A stretch of DNA of 61,392 nucleotides from Poseidonia sp. (GTDB lineage Archaea; Thermoplasmatota; Poseidoniia; Poseidoniales; Poseidoniaceae), in NCBI GenBank assembly GCA_030741355.1, contig JASLVM010000003.1:1-61392 (forward strand), given 5' to 3'. The notes under the pieces were generated by a model. The model had not been told where the DNA came from and did not search any database. It worked only from the letters and a program-made list of their open reading frames with translations. Position 1 is the stretch's first letter. Every line of letters begins with the position of its first letter. The position numbers and the translations under genes were made by a program. Positions 26,298 to 36,985 of this stretch are shown in pieces.

Positions 26298-28823
26298 TCA
26301 CAACTCGAGCAAGCCGTTCTTTTCTGCTGCCTTGAGGTTGATTCCAGCAGGAAGTCCGAGGTCAACCGGCATGCCTCCGATGGTGACCGTGATGCCTTGA
26401 AGGTGGGTGAACAGGCCAATCGGGACTTCGGTTTCCAACGATTTGTGGATGTTCTTTTTCGAGTGTTGGGAGACATTGCTTCCCAGCATCAACGACCAAG
26501 CGTTGGCTTGCAAGGCGTGTCGCTTGAGGGCGGTACTGTCCATGATGGGGGGGATGGCCACGTTGTGGAGGTTCCATGCTGCTCTCCAATTCGCTTCACG
26601 TTCCAAGATCCAGTGGATTTTCGTGGGTTCAGACGGCGGACGTTCAGCACGGCCAAGTTGAGCGAATTGGTGCAATACAGCACGAATGTGAGGGTGTCTT
26701 GGGTGTTGTTTTGCCAAGGTTTTGAGGGCGTTCTCGGCGGAGCGTGTACGACCGCTGTCGTGATTGAGCAGGGCGGCGACCAACTCGGCATGGGCCCACG
26801 TCTCGCCCTCCATTCCTGCAAGCGTCCGTTCGAGATGATTGAGGGCTCGCTCGCTTTCTCCAGCCATTCGCATTCGGGCGAGTTGAGAAAGGTACATCGC
26901 ACGCTGAGCCGGTTGCCGAGGAGGCGTGGCTCGTAGGATTGTTTCACCTTGCTCAAAGGCCTGTAGCATGCGAATGTTGTCCTTACGTAGCGGGTCAACA
27001 CTGATCATGGAGAGACCTTGTTTGCTCAAATGTTTTTGGCCACTCAACAGGCTTGTAACCCACCGAATTCGAACCGCCTCAATGTCATCGCTATCCAGCA
27101 GTTCAAGGCGTGGAATCGCTTCTTTGTAATCGCGTTGAGCAAGGCTCGTCGCGCAAAGCACAAGCCTGGCGATTTGAGCGTCTCGACCGCCTTGCAGGGC
27201 AAGCAGGTCGACCGCCAATTCCTCAGCTTCATCCCAACGGCCCAGTCCACAATAGAGCAGCATCTTTGCTTGAGTGTGTCGAATCATGTCCAAGCCGACC
27301 AAGGTGGCCTCTCGATTCATGGTGGCGTCATCAAAGCGCTCGATGGCGGTGTTCCAATCGTCTTTGCCGAGCAATTCGCTGGTTGGACGTTGCTTGAGGT
27401 AAATCATGTCGCTCATGCCGCGAAGTCGCGTGCGGTCTTCGTCCATGGAGGCGTCAAAGACGATTTCGCTGAGCTTTGTTGAGCGTCGTCTCGACACCAC
27501 CCAGACCATCAAGAACGCCACTTGCCCGCCTGAGGCGAGCATCCAGGTCAGTTGTTCGAGCATGTCCTTTTGGAGAACAGAACAAACACTGCTCTCCCAT
27601 GCACCGCAAGCGTCTCCTTGTGGCAGGAAACTTGAATCCCAGAAGGTCACCATGGCAAGGGCCAATAAAAGCATGGACTGGCCAGCAAATCCGGTGAAAC
27701 AAAAATTCAGAACATTGGCTTGCTGAATGGGCTCAGCCCGTAACAATCGACTGTCTGCGAGGCGAATGCCACCCCATCCAGAGACGTCTTGAATGTCCAA
27801 AAACAAAATTCGAGCCACTTCATAGACGAACAGAAAGCCAATGGCGGCGACGTTCAACAACAAAAACAGCAGAAGGGTGGTGACGATGGGTACGCGTATG
27901 CCCGCTTGCGGAATGTGGGAGAACAATTCAATGAGGCCAAATCCAAGAAGCCCTCCTTCTTCCATGTAGGTGGTTTGTATGCGGTATTCGGGGAGTTCCA
28001 ACACGCGGTCGGAATGAACGAACATGTCGGGGTTGTAGGCAAGTAACACCAGAGAAATCAGGGTGTTCACGGCTACAAACGGCATGGCGACCAGGTTCAA
28101 ATGAACCACTTGGGCAATGAATTGTTGCCGTGCATTGGGGGGATGGTTGTGGAACGGAGACGCCCCTCCCTGAGCAATTTGTGATGAAGACTGTTTGAGG
28201 GCGTGCCATGATGAGCCCAATATGCGACCGTAGGCCAGAACAGCCGGGCTAAAAGCCACCAGAGCCATCACGCTGTAATGCGTGGTCTTCGAGGTACCCA
28301 TGCCTTTGAGCACTTCGCCGACAGCCACCGCCAACGCCAACCATGCCAGTGTCAACGCCATGTAGGATGCGTTTCGAGTATTGGAATTGCTCTGCAGCGT
28401 AGCCCGGCTCACACCAAGTGGTTTGATGACCTGGGCGCCCAGTGAAGTGCCGCTGGAGATGATGGCGGGGGCGACGATGAGAATCAAAGCAAAGGCGACG
28501 GAAGGTGCGTGATAGCCGGCGGAACCACCGCCACGGTAGTTGAAGAACTCAAAGAGGAGGACCAGGCTCCCGGTGAGGGCCATCAAATAGGAGACCACCC
28601 CCAAACGGGTTCCTCTTCGAGCAAGGAGTAAACGTACATCTTGAACCGTTGAGGTCACTTTGTGGACTTCGTAGGTTTTCTCACCGGTGGGAAAAGCGAC
28701 TTGCAACCCTCTGAGTTGTCGGGGAACCACGTTTCTCCAAAAGAACCATGCCGTCAAAAACGCAAGGAAAAGCGGCCCAACCATGTCGAGGGAGAACCCT
28801 TGGATGATGGAGGGTGAGGTCAT
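26298..28823 (-). CDS. polytopic membrane protein with C-terminal TPR-like helical domain (841 aa)
   Basis: The start is 6 nt downstream of the thrS stop. About 10 TM helices in the first ~460 aa, then helical repeats (..GRWDEAEELAVDLLAL.., ..YKEAIPRLE..). Confidence 0.65.
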   Translation of the reverse strand: MTSPSIIQGFSLDMVGPLFLAFLTAWFFWRNVVPRQLRGLQVAFPTGEKTYEVHKVTSTVQDVRLLLARRGTRLGVVSYLMALTGSLVLLFEFFNYRGGGSAGYHAPSVAFALILIVAPAIISSGTSLGAQVIKPLGVSRATLQSNSNTRNASYMALTLAWLALAVAVGEVLKGMGTSKTTHYSVMALVAFSPAVLAYGRILGSSWHALKQSSSQIAQGGASPFHNHPPNARQQFIAQVVHLNLVAMPFVAVNTLISLVLLAYNPDMFVHSDRVLELPEYRIQTTYMEEGGLLGFGLIELFSHIPQAGIRVPIVTTLLLFLLLNVAAIGFLFVYEVARILFLDIQDVSGWGGIRLADSRLLRAEPIQQANVLNFCFTGFAGQSMLLLALAMVTFWDSSFLPQGDACGAWESSVCSVLQKDMLEQLTWMLASGGQVAFLMVWVVSRRRSTKLSEIVFDASMDEDRTRLRGMSDMIYLKQRPTSELLGKDDWNTAIERFDDATMNREATLVGLDMIRHTQAKMLLYCGLGRWDEAEELAVDLLALQGGRDAQIARLVLCATSLAQRDYKEAIPRLELLDSDDIEAVRIRWVTSLLSGQKHLSKQGLSMISVDPLRKDNIRMLQAFEQGETILRATPPRQPAQRAMYLSQLARMRMAGESERALNHLERTLAGMEGETWAHAELVAALLNHDSGRTRSAENALKTLAKQHPRHPHIRAVLHQFAQLGRAERPPSEPTKIHWILEREANWRAAWNLHNVAIPPIMDSTALKRHALQANAWSLMLGSNVSQHSKKNIHKSLETEVPIGLFTHLQGITVTIGGMPVDLGLPAGINLKAAEKNGLLEL

Positions 28824-28829
28824 TGTGTA

Positions 28830-30854
28830 TCACTCGGATGGTGGTGGAACCAAGGATGGTTGCGTGATCTTTTCCTTGATTTCGTTTGCGAGGTCCGTCA
28901 CAAAGGTGGTGAGTGGAATGCCTGCGATTTGGTCGCCGTTTCGAGCCCGCAAACTCACGGTTTCGTTCTCCATTTCATCATCACCGAGAATGAGGAGGTA
29001 AGCCGGCTGAAGCTTTCGATGGTTGCGGATTTTCTTCATGATGTTGTTGCTTGAATCGTCCACTTCCACACGGACGCCCTCGGCACGGAGGGTCTCAGCG
29101 ACCTGAGCGGCGTAGGCTTTGTGTTCCTCTCGAATCGTGATGACGTGGCACTGGGTCGGGGTGAGCCAGGTTGGGAACCGGCCAGCAAAATGCTCGATGA
29201 GAACGCCACAAAACCGTTCCATGGAACCGAACGGGGCGCGGTGAATCATCACGGGTCGGTGCAGTTCACCATCGCTTCCCTTGTAGGTCAAATCGAATCG
29301 CTCGGGGAGGTTGTAATCTACCTGGACGGTACCAAGCTGCCATTCTCGACCGATGACGTCCTTCACAACGAAGTCAATCTTCGGGCCGTAAAAGGCGGCT
29401 TCGCCTTGTTCCTCTGACCAATTAACACCCAGCGATTCAGCCGCAGCTCGGCAGGCTTCCTCGGCCTTGTCCCAGCGTTTGGGGTCACCGACGTATTTCG
29501 TGGAATCAGGGTCGCGAAGGCCAACTCGGACCCGGTAATCTTCCATGCCGAGTTTGTCGAAGATGATCTGCACGAGCTCAATGCAGCCCAGCACTTCTTG
29601 GGCGAGTTGCTCTTCGGTCACGAACAAATGAGCATCGTCTTGAGTGAAGCCACGCACGCGGGTCATACCCGAGATTTCTCCTGACTGTTCCCATCTGTAG
29701 ACGGTCCCAAATTCAGCGAGCCGAAGAGGAAGGTTCCGATACGAACGGGGTTGACTGGCGTAGATTTTCACGTGATGAGGGCAGTTCATCGGTTTGAGCA
29801 TGTATCCGTCGATTTCACCGGTGGCCATCATGTTTGACAGGTCGCCACATGTGCACCCTTCGTCCGCCAACTTCTTCATCAAATCGCGCTCGATGATGGG
29901 TGGGTATTGCGAATCCTGGTAGTAGGGGAAGTGGCCGGAGGTCCTGTACAAATCCAATTTTCCGATGTGGGGCGTGAATACTTGTGAGTACCCTTGCCTG
30001 CGAAGATGATGCGAGATGAAATCCTGCAGTTCTTGACGAATTACCGCACCACGAGGCGTCCATAGAATGAGCCCTTGTCCCACTTCCTCATCAATATGGA
30101 ACAGTTGGAGGTCCTTGCCGAGTTTCCGGTGGTCACGCTTTTTTGCTTCCTCAATACGTGACAGGGTGGCTTTCAGAGCCTCCTTTGAAGGCTCAACCAG
30201 CCCGTAAATTCTGACCAGTTGTTCACGGGACTGATCGCCTCGCCAATAGGCCGTGGACACGGAGGTCAAGCGAACGAACATCAGTTTGGACGTGCTGGGA
30301 ACGTGAGGGCCAAGGCAGAGGTCGTACCATTCGCCCTGCTTGTAAATGGTTGAACCGTCGCCCGCCTCGAGTTTGTCATCAATGATTTCCAGCTTGTACG
30401 GGTTGCTCTCAAAATGCTCACGAAGTGAGGTTTGGTCCAGCTCGAGGCGCTCAACGTTCAGGTTTCGACGAGCGAGTTCGTGCATTTTCTTCTCAATCGC
30501 TTTGAGGTCACCTTGCGCAATGGGTTCCATGGCAAAGTCGTAGTAGAAACCGCGGTCGATGGCCGGTCCGATGGTGGGCAGTGCGCCAGGATACAATTCC
30601 ATGACGGCCTGTGCGAGAAGGTGAGCGGCGGAGTGTCGGAGAATGTGCATCCCTTCCTCCGAATCCGCAGGGATGCCTTCCACGGAGCAATTGATGTCAA
30701 GCACTTTTGACAAATCATGCTCTGCACCGTCCACTTTTGCTGCGAGGCAGCCGTGTTTTTTGCCCATGGCATCCACGATAACTTCTCCGCAGGTGATGCC
30801 GGAGGCGTATTCGTTGACCGTGCCGTCGGGCAAGGTGATGTGAATCATGGCCAT
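28830..30854 (-). CDS. thrS: threonine--tRNA ligase, full-length bacterial/eukaryal-type architecture
   Basis: TGS domain (MIHITLPDGTV), editing-domain motif HSAAHLLAQAV, class II core (RVRGFTQDDAHLF) and an anticodon-binding C-terminus. Confidence 0.96.
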   Translation of the reverse strand: MAMIHITLPDGTVNEYASGITCGEVIVDAMGKKHGCLAAKVDGAEHDLSKVLDINCSVEGIPADSEEGMHILRHSAAHLLAQAVMELYPGALPTIGPAIDRGFYYDFAMEPIAQGDLKAIEKKMHELARRNLNVERLELDQTSLREHFESNPYKLEIIDDKLEAGDGSTIYKQGEWYDLCLGPHVPSTSKLMFVRLTSVSTAYWRGDQSREQLVRIYGLVEPSKEALKATLSRIEEAKKRDHRKLGKDLQLFHIDEEVGQGLILWTPRGAVIRQELQDFISHHLRRQGYSQVFTPHIGKLDLYRTSGHFPYYQDSQYPPIIERDLMKKLADEGCTCGDLSNMMATGEIDGYMLKPMNCPHHVKIYASQPRSYRNLPLRLAEFGTVYRWEQSGEISGMTRVRGFTQDDAHLFVTEEQLAQEVLGCIELVQIIFDKLGMEDYRVRVGLRDPDSTKYVGDPKRWDKAEEACRAAAESLGVNWSEEQGEAAFYGPKIDFVVKDVIGREWQLGTVQVDYNLPERFDLTYKGSDGELHRPVMIHRAPFGSMERFCGVLIEHFAGRFPTWLTPTQCHVITIREEHKAYAAQVAETLRAEGVRVEVDDSSNNIMKKIRNHRKLQPAYLLILGDDEMENETVSLRARNGDQIAGIPLTTFVTDLANEIKEKITQPSLVPPPSE

Positions 30855-30867
30855 GTTTTCGAAGTCT

Positions 30868-30932
30868 CCCTCAACCCCTTCGGGGTTGAATCCTCGCTAT
30901 GAATCCCGCGCCTCGTATTGAAGGTTGAGGGG
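30868..30932 (-). promoter_or_regulatory. thrS 5' leader with mutually exclusive helices involving the Shine-Dalgarno sequence
   Basis: A local 8-bp hairpin UCAACCCC-GAA-GGGGUUGA spans 30871..30889. The alternative is a 9-bp pairing of CCCUCAACC (30923..30931) with GGUUGAGGG (30868..30876), which covers the GAGGGAG Shine-Dalgarno sequence. Confidence 0.35.
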
Positions 30933-30936
30933 TGTT

Positions 30937-31251
30937 CTACCAGTCCACATCAAAATCGTCGCCTGGTTGGAATGAAGGGGCTTTGAGGACCACCTGCTCT
31001 GCGGCCTTTTCCTCCGTGGAGTTGGCTTCGTTCGACTTGGATGCTGGAGCTTTGACAACGAAAGCTTCCCGGTCTTCAACAGCGTCAATGCGTTGGTTGT
31101 AGGCCTTGGGCAGCGCCGCTACCTGCTCCTTTTTTTCTGGTATCGCCGCAGCGGTTTCGCTCTTGAGGTTCTCTTCTCCAACCTTCAGTTCCGAGAAATC
31201 TCGAGCGAGGACATCGTCGAGGTTCGGCTTGTCCGTAGGGGCTCTTTTCAT
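30937..31251 (-). CDS. hypothetical acidic protein
   Basis: ORF 30937..31275; the likely start is MKRAPTDK (ATG 31251). Low-complexity E/K/A-rich sequence ending DDFDVDW. Coding status is uncertain. Confidence 0.45.
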   Translation of the reverse strand: MKRAPTDKPNLDDVLARDFSELKVGEENLKSETAAAIPEKKEQVAALPKAYNQRIDAVEDREAFVVKAPASKSNEANSTEEKAAEQVVLKAPSFQPGDDFDVDW

Positions 31252-31359
31252 GAACCTCCATCCAACCTCTACCACAAGAATGCTCGGGTGGTTTGAACGT
31301 CCTTGAGCGTGAACTTCCGGTATGCAGGTCTATTTGAGGGGGCGCCGCTACGGCCATCC

Positions 31360-32544
31360 ATGCGCCTCGGCATCGTGGTCAATCCTGACGCGGGTTTGGG
31401 GGGTAAATTGGGCTTCAAAGGCAGCGATGGTCGCGCAGAAGAAGCCAGAGCGGCAGGTGCTGAAGACCGAGCAGGACCCCGCATGCAACAATGTTTGAAC
31501 CACCTTGTTTCGTTGGCTACGTCTTCCTTGAATCGAAGTCAAGTCGGTTTGGAATTGCTTGTCTGGGAGGGTCGCATGGGTGGAACATGGTTGCCATCAC
31601 TTGCCGAAGACGCACCCCTGAAGGTTGAGGTCATGGGGGTCACGCCTGCAACCACTTCACCCGAAGACACGGCGCTTCTGGTTCGTGAACTCGTCAGCGC
31701 GGGTGCAGAGGCATTGGTCTATGCAGGAGGCGATGGAACCACGCGAGACATCGTGAAGGCGCTTGAGGGCATGGGCGAGGACGCTCAAAAAACCGCCCTT
31801 ATCGGCGTACCAGGGGGCGTGAAAATGCACTCTGGTTGTTTTGCCACCACCCCCAAAGCCGCTGCCGAAGTTGTCCTTTCCTTTGCCCTTGGTGATTTGC
31901 GCACGGCGATCACCGAAGTGATGGACCTTGACGAAACGGTTTACGCCAAAGGGGAATGGAAGGTCCGCATGTACGGCGAAGCCTGGACACCGTCTTCACC
32001 CCGCTTCATGCAGGGCGCCAAGGAACAGGTTGAGCGAGTCAGTGAAGAAGACACCATCGAGGGTTTGGCCCATCACGTTGCCAGTCTGCTGGATGACGAA
32101 CCGGACCTGATGGTGGTGTGGGGTAGCGGAGGTACCTTGCGTCGCATGGGTGAACACCTCGATCATGATTTGACCCTCCTGGGCATTGACGTCCAGCACG
32201 GAAACACCGTTCACAACGACCTCAACGAGCGTGGCCTCATCGAGGTGATCAGCGCTCATGTGAACGAAGACGGACGACGTCCTCTCCTGCTGCTCCTCTC
32301 GCCCATGGGTGGGCAGGGTTTCCTTATCGGGCGAGGAAACCTCCAACTCTCCCCCGATGTGCTCCGACTCATCGGACACAGCAACATCCTTGGTGTCGCT
32401 ACACCGTCGAAACTCATCGGATTGGAGGCCGTTCGTATTGACACAGGCGATGAAGACCTCGACGCTGAATTCCAATCAAAACGGTTCATCAAAATCCTTC
32501 AGGGTTTCAGAACGACTCGACTGATTCGAGTGGCTGAACTCTGA
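31360..32544 (+). CDS. ATP-NAD kinase-like (COG3199-type) protein
   Basis: ORF trimmed to MRLGIVVNPDAG (ATG 31360). GGDGT motif (VYAGGDGTTRDI) and IGVPGGVKM. Confidence 0.75.
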   Translation: MRLGIVVNPDAGLGGKLGFKGSDGRAEEARAAGAEDRAGPRMQQCLNHLVSLATSSLNRSQVGLELLVWEGRMGGTWLPSLAEDAPLKVEVMGVTPATTSPEDTALLVRELVSAGAEALVYAGGDGTTRDIVKALEGMGEDAQKTALIGVPGGVKMHSGCFATTPKAAAEVVLSFALGDLRTAITEVMDLDETVYAKGEWKVRMYGEAWTPSSPRFMQGAKEQVERVSEEDTIEGLAHHVASLLDDEPDLMVVWGSGGTLRRMGEHLDHDLTLLGIDVQHGNTVHNDLNERGLIEVISAHVNEDGRRPLLLLLSPMGGQGFLIGRGNLQLSPDVLRLIGHSNILGVATPSKLIGLEAVRIDTGDEDLDAEFQSKRFIKILQGFRTTRLIRVAEL

Positions 32545-32614
32545 AATCTTGGCTTGGCAATGGTTCAACCGATTTTGTGAAAATACAGAACCATGAGGCC
32601 TTCATGTTTGGTTC

Positions 32615-32621
32615 ATATATT
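32615..32621 (+). promoter_or_regulatory. TATA box candidate for Sir2 gene
   Basis: ATATATT lies 15-21 nt before ATG 32636 and ~24 nt before the second ATG at 32642. This spacing would give a leaderless or near-leaderless mRNA. Confidence 0.35.
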
Positions 32622-32635
32622 CTCGAGGTTTTGTC

Positions 32636-33355
32636 ATGTTCATGAAAGGAAAACGAGTGGTGGTGTTGACGGGTGCAGGTGTCTCAGCAGAATCAGGAAT
32701 TCGAACCTTCAGGGACAACGATGGACTTTGGGAAGATTACCACATTGAAGACGTGGCGACGCCTCAAGCATGGCAAGCCAACCCCGGGCGTGTTTGGGGG
32801 TTCTATCAAGCCCGGCGGCGACAACTGCACGAAGTAGAGCCCAACCCAGCCCACACCGCTTTGGCGGCGTTGGAAGAGGGGTTGGAAGACTTGACCCTCA
32901 TCACCCAGAACGTGGACAATTTACACGAGCGGGGTGGAAGTCGGCAGGTCGTCCATATGCACGGACAACTGGAAACCTTGCGCTGTGAGAACAGCGGTCG
33001 CCAAGAGGTTCGAATGGATGACGCTGACCTCATCGATGAATTTCTGGTCTGCACCTGTTGTGCAGAACCTCAACGTGTTCGTCCGGACATTGTTTGGTTT
33101 GGTGAAATGCCGATGTACATGGAGGAAATTTACACTGCGGTGGAGGCCTGTGAGGTCTTCATTGTGGCCGGTAGTTCAGGTCATGTCTACCCTGCGGCGA
33201 ACCTGGTCAACATTGCTCATGCCAACGGTGCGCGCACCGTTCTTGTGAACGCTGAACCGCCTCAGAACTTCGAATCCTTTGATGAGGTCCACCTCGGGAA
33301 AGCAGGGGAACTCCTTCCTGCTTTGGTCAAGGAATGGCTCTCCTCGGATGCTTGA
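32636..33355 (+). CDS. cobB: NAD-dependent protein deacylase (Sir2 family)
   Basis: VLTGAGVSAESGIRTFRD, QNVDNLHERGG and HGQL, with a short class U/III-like length of 239 aa. Confidence 0.92.
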   Translation: MFMKGKRVVVLTGAGVSAESGIRTFRDNDGLWEDYHIEDVATPQAWQANPGRVWGFYQARRRQLHEVEPNPAHTALAALEEGLEDLTLITQNVDNLHERGGSRQVVHMHGQLETLRCENSGRQEVRMDDADLIDEFLVCTCCAEPQRVRPDIVWFGEMPMYMEEIYTAVEACEVFIVAGSSGHVYPAANLVNIAHANGARTVLVNAEPPQNFESFDEVHLGKAGELLPALVKEWLSSDA

Positions 33356-33368
33356 TGCGTGGTCCTTC

Positions 33369-34082
33369 TCAACCAGCAGAGAAAACATGCTCGCAGTTTG
33401 GACATTGGATTTCTCCGGAATAATTGGCCGGGAGTCGCAATTTCTTTTCGCAAGATGGACACGGAATGATGACGTTTTCCTGTTGCTTTTTCAGCGCTGG
33501 AGATGTTGACAAGCCCGCTTCAGCGTTCAGGTTTCGAATGCCAAATGTTGCCACGGATGAAACGAGAAACACCCAAAACCCAACCGTCATTACGGTGTAC
33601 CCCAAATCCATACTGTTTTCTATCCACAAAAAATCGCTATCGCTGCAATTGGATCCCATCATGCCGCACAACACCAGTTGCGGGATAGCCAGCAAACCAA
33701 CAATGAAAATGAATGCATAAGCACCTGCAAATGAGAATCCCCCCAAATTCATGGCCATTCGGAATGAAAATTCGATGGTTTCTTGCTGTGATCTCGCCTC
33801 CTTCTGCTCAGGCATGGTGGCACGCCCTTGCTCGTCAACGGCAAGATGCTGTAGCGAAGGCTTCGATTCGCCTCCCTTGCTCAATGTATGAATGAAAACA
33901 GCAAGAACAAGTGGAGGCAAGGCGCAAAAATACGTCATCAGTGGCGAGAAAAAACTCACGCACCCTTCGAGGGTTTCTCCGGTTTGCATGTCTGTACAGT
34001 CAAGAGATTCCGGAGCGATCAGGTACCAAAAGATGCCGAGGGCGACAAACATGCCAGTTCCTATTCGTTCCTTTAGGCCCAT
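33369..34082 (-). CDS. membrane protein with C-terminal MJ0042-type zinc ribbon
   Basis: ORF 33369..34298 trimmed to MGLKER (ATG 34082) because the upstream part overlaps pyrG. Four to five TMs, and the protein ends with CPSCEKKLRLPANYSGEIQCPNCEHVF. Confidence 0.65.
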   Translation of the reverse strand: MGLKERIGTGMFVALGIFWYLIAPESLDCTDMQTGETLEGCVSFFSPLMTYFCALPPLVLAVFIHTLSKGGESKPSLQHLAVDEQGRATMPEQKEARSQQETIEFSFRMAMNLGGFSFAGAYAFIFIVGLLAIPQLVLCGMMGSNCSDSDFLWIENSMDLGYTVMTVGFWVFLVSSVATFGIRNLNAEAGLSTSPALKKQQENVIIPCPSCEKKLRLPANYSGEIQCPNCEHVFSAG

Positions 34083-34167
34083 GCCTCTCCAATCCTCATT
34101 GAAGGTTTGAAAATATGCCCGTGATTGTTCCACTCTCGCACTCGATGTGGGACGGGGGGTTCTCGTT

Positions 34168-35832
<1,665 letters not shown>

Positions 35833-35929
35833 CTAATCAACATACCGAAGAACCACGCTATAACGCGACCAAGGCGAAATGACCGAAGGATGAAAAGGTG
35901 CCAAAGCAAGAACATCCTGAGGGCGAAGG

Positions 35930-36982
35930 ATGGGCAGTGTACCGGCGACCATGATGGCGTGGACAAAAACACGCCCCGAGGTAGGCGGGTTCACGCTGGA
36001 GGAACATGCTGTTCCAAGCCCTGGGCCTGGCGAAGTGCTCGTACAGACCCAATCGACCTCCGTTTGTGGAACCGACCTTCACATTTGGAAGTGGGACGAC
36101 TGGAGCCGAGAAAACGTGCCCCTTGGAACCGTAACCGGCCATGAGACCAGCGGCCGAGTGGTGGCTTTGGGCGAAGGCGTATCGACGCACGACATCGGAG
36201 ATCATGTCGCCATCGAATGCCACTTGGCGTGTTGGGATTGCCCACGGTGTGACGAAGGCAACGCTCACGTTTGTGAAAACGGGTCAATTTTCGGAGTGCA
36301 CGGCCACGGGGCGTTCGCACCTTACTTCGTCATTCCAGCCGTCAACGCCCGTCATGTTCCCGAAGGACTTGACCCCGGCCATGCCTCCATCCAAGACCCG
36401 CTTGGAAATGCCATCCACACGTTGACCGGTGGGCCGGTCGATGGAGCCACCGTGGCGATTCATGGATTGGGCCCCATCGGTCTTTTCGCCGTGAATGCAG
36501 CGAAAGCGATGGGTGCAAGCACCGTCATCGCCGTTGATTGGGACAACACCTATCGGATGAACCTCGCCAAGGAACTGGGGGCTGATTTGGTCCTCGGTAA
36601 GGGCGACGACGTGGTCGCGTCCATCCTCGAGGCAACGGAAGGTCGCGGTGTGGACAACAGCTGCGAATTTTCAGGGGCCGCCTCGGCGTTGGCCAACGCC
36701 ATTCATTCGACCAGAATGGGTGGTTATGTGAACATCCTTTCCGTCTACGGCGAATCCATGCCGGAAGTACCGATGAACGACGTCGTCTTCCGCTATCTCC
36801 ACCTCAAAGGCATCAACGGTCGAAAGATGTGGTCCACGTGGGACATCATGCACGATTTACTTGCACGAGGGGCCATTGATGTGGACAAGGTCCTGACCCA
36901 TCGCATGGGCATTGAATCCTTTGAGGACGCTGTGTTGTTAGCGATGAAAGGTGATTGCGGAAAAGTCGTGCTTGACTTTTGA
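35930..36982 (+). CDS. tdh: L-threonine 3-dehydrogenase (zinc-dependent MDR)
   Basis: SVCGTDLHIWKWDDWS, GHETSG and CHLACWDCPRCDEGNAHVC. Close collinearity with archaeal Tdh as recalled from Pyrococcus. Confidence 0.88.
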   Translation: MGSVPATMMAWTKTRPEVGGFTLEEHAVPSPGPGEVLVQTQSTSVCGTDLHIWKWDDWSRENVPLGTVTGHETSGRVVALGEGVSTHDIGDHVAIECHLACWDCPRCDEGNAHVCENGSIFGVHGHGAFAPYFVIPAVNARHVPEGLDPGHASIQDPLGNAIHTLTGGPVDGATVAIHGLGPIGLFAVNAAKAMGASTVIAVDWDNTYRMNLAKELGADLVLGKGDDVVASILEATEGRGVDNSCEFSGAASALANAIHSTRMGGYVNILSVYGESMPEVPMNDVVFRYLHLKGINGRKMWSTWDIMHDLLARGAIDVDKVLTHRMGIESFEDAVLLAMKGDCGKVVLDF

Positions 36983-36985
36983 CGC

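Noticed and set aside
33007-33015. T-loop-like GGTTCGAAT (also GAATTCGAACC near 27066)
   Set aside because: Both lie inside well-supported CDSs. No acceptor, D or anticodon arms can be folded around them.
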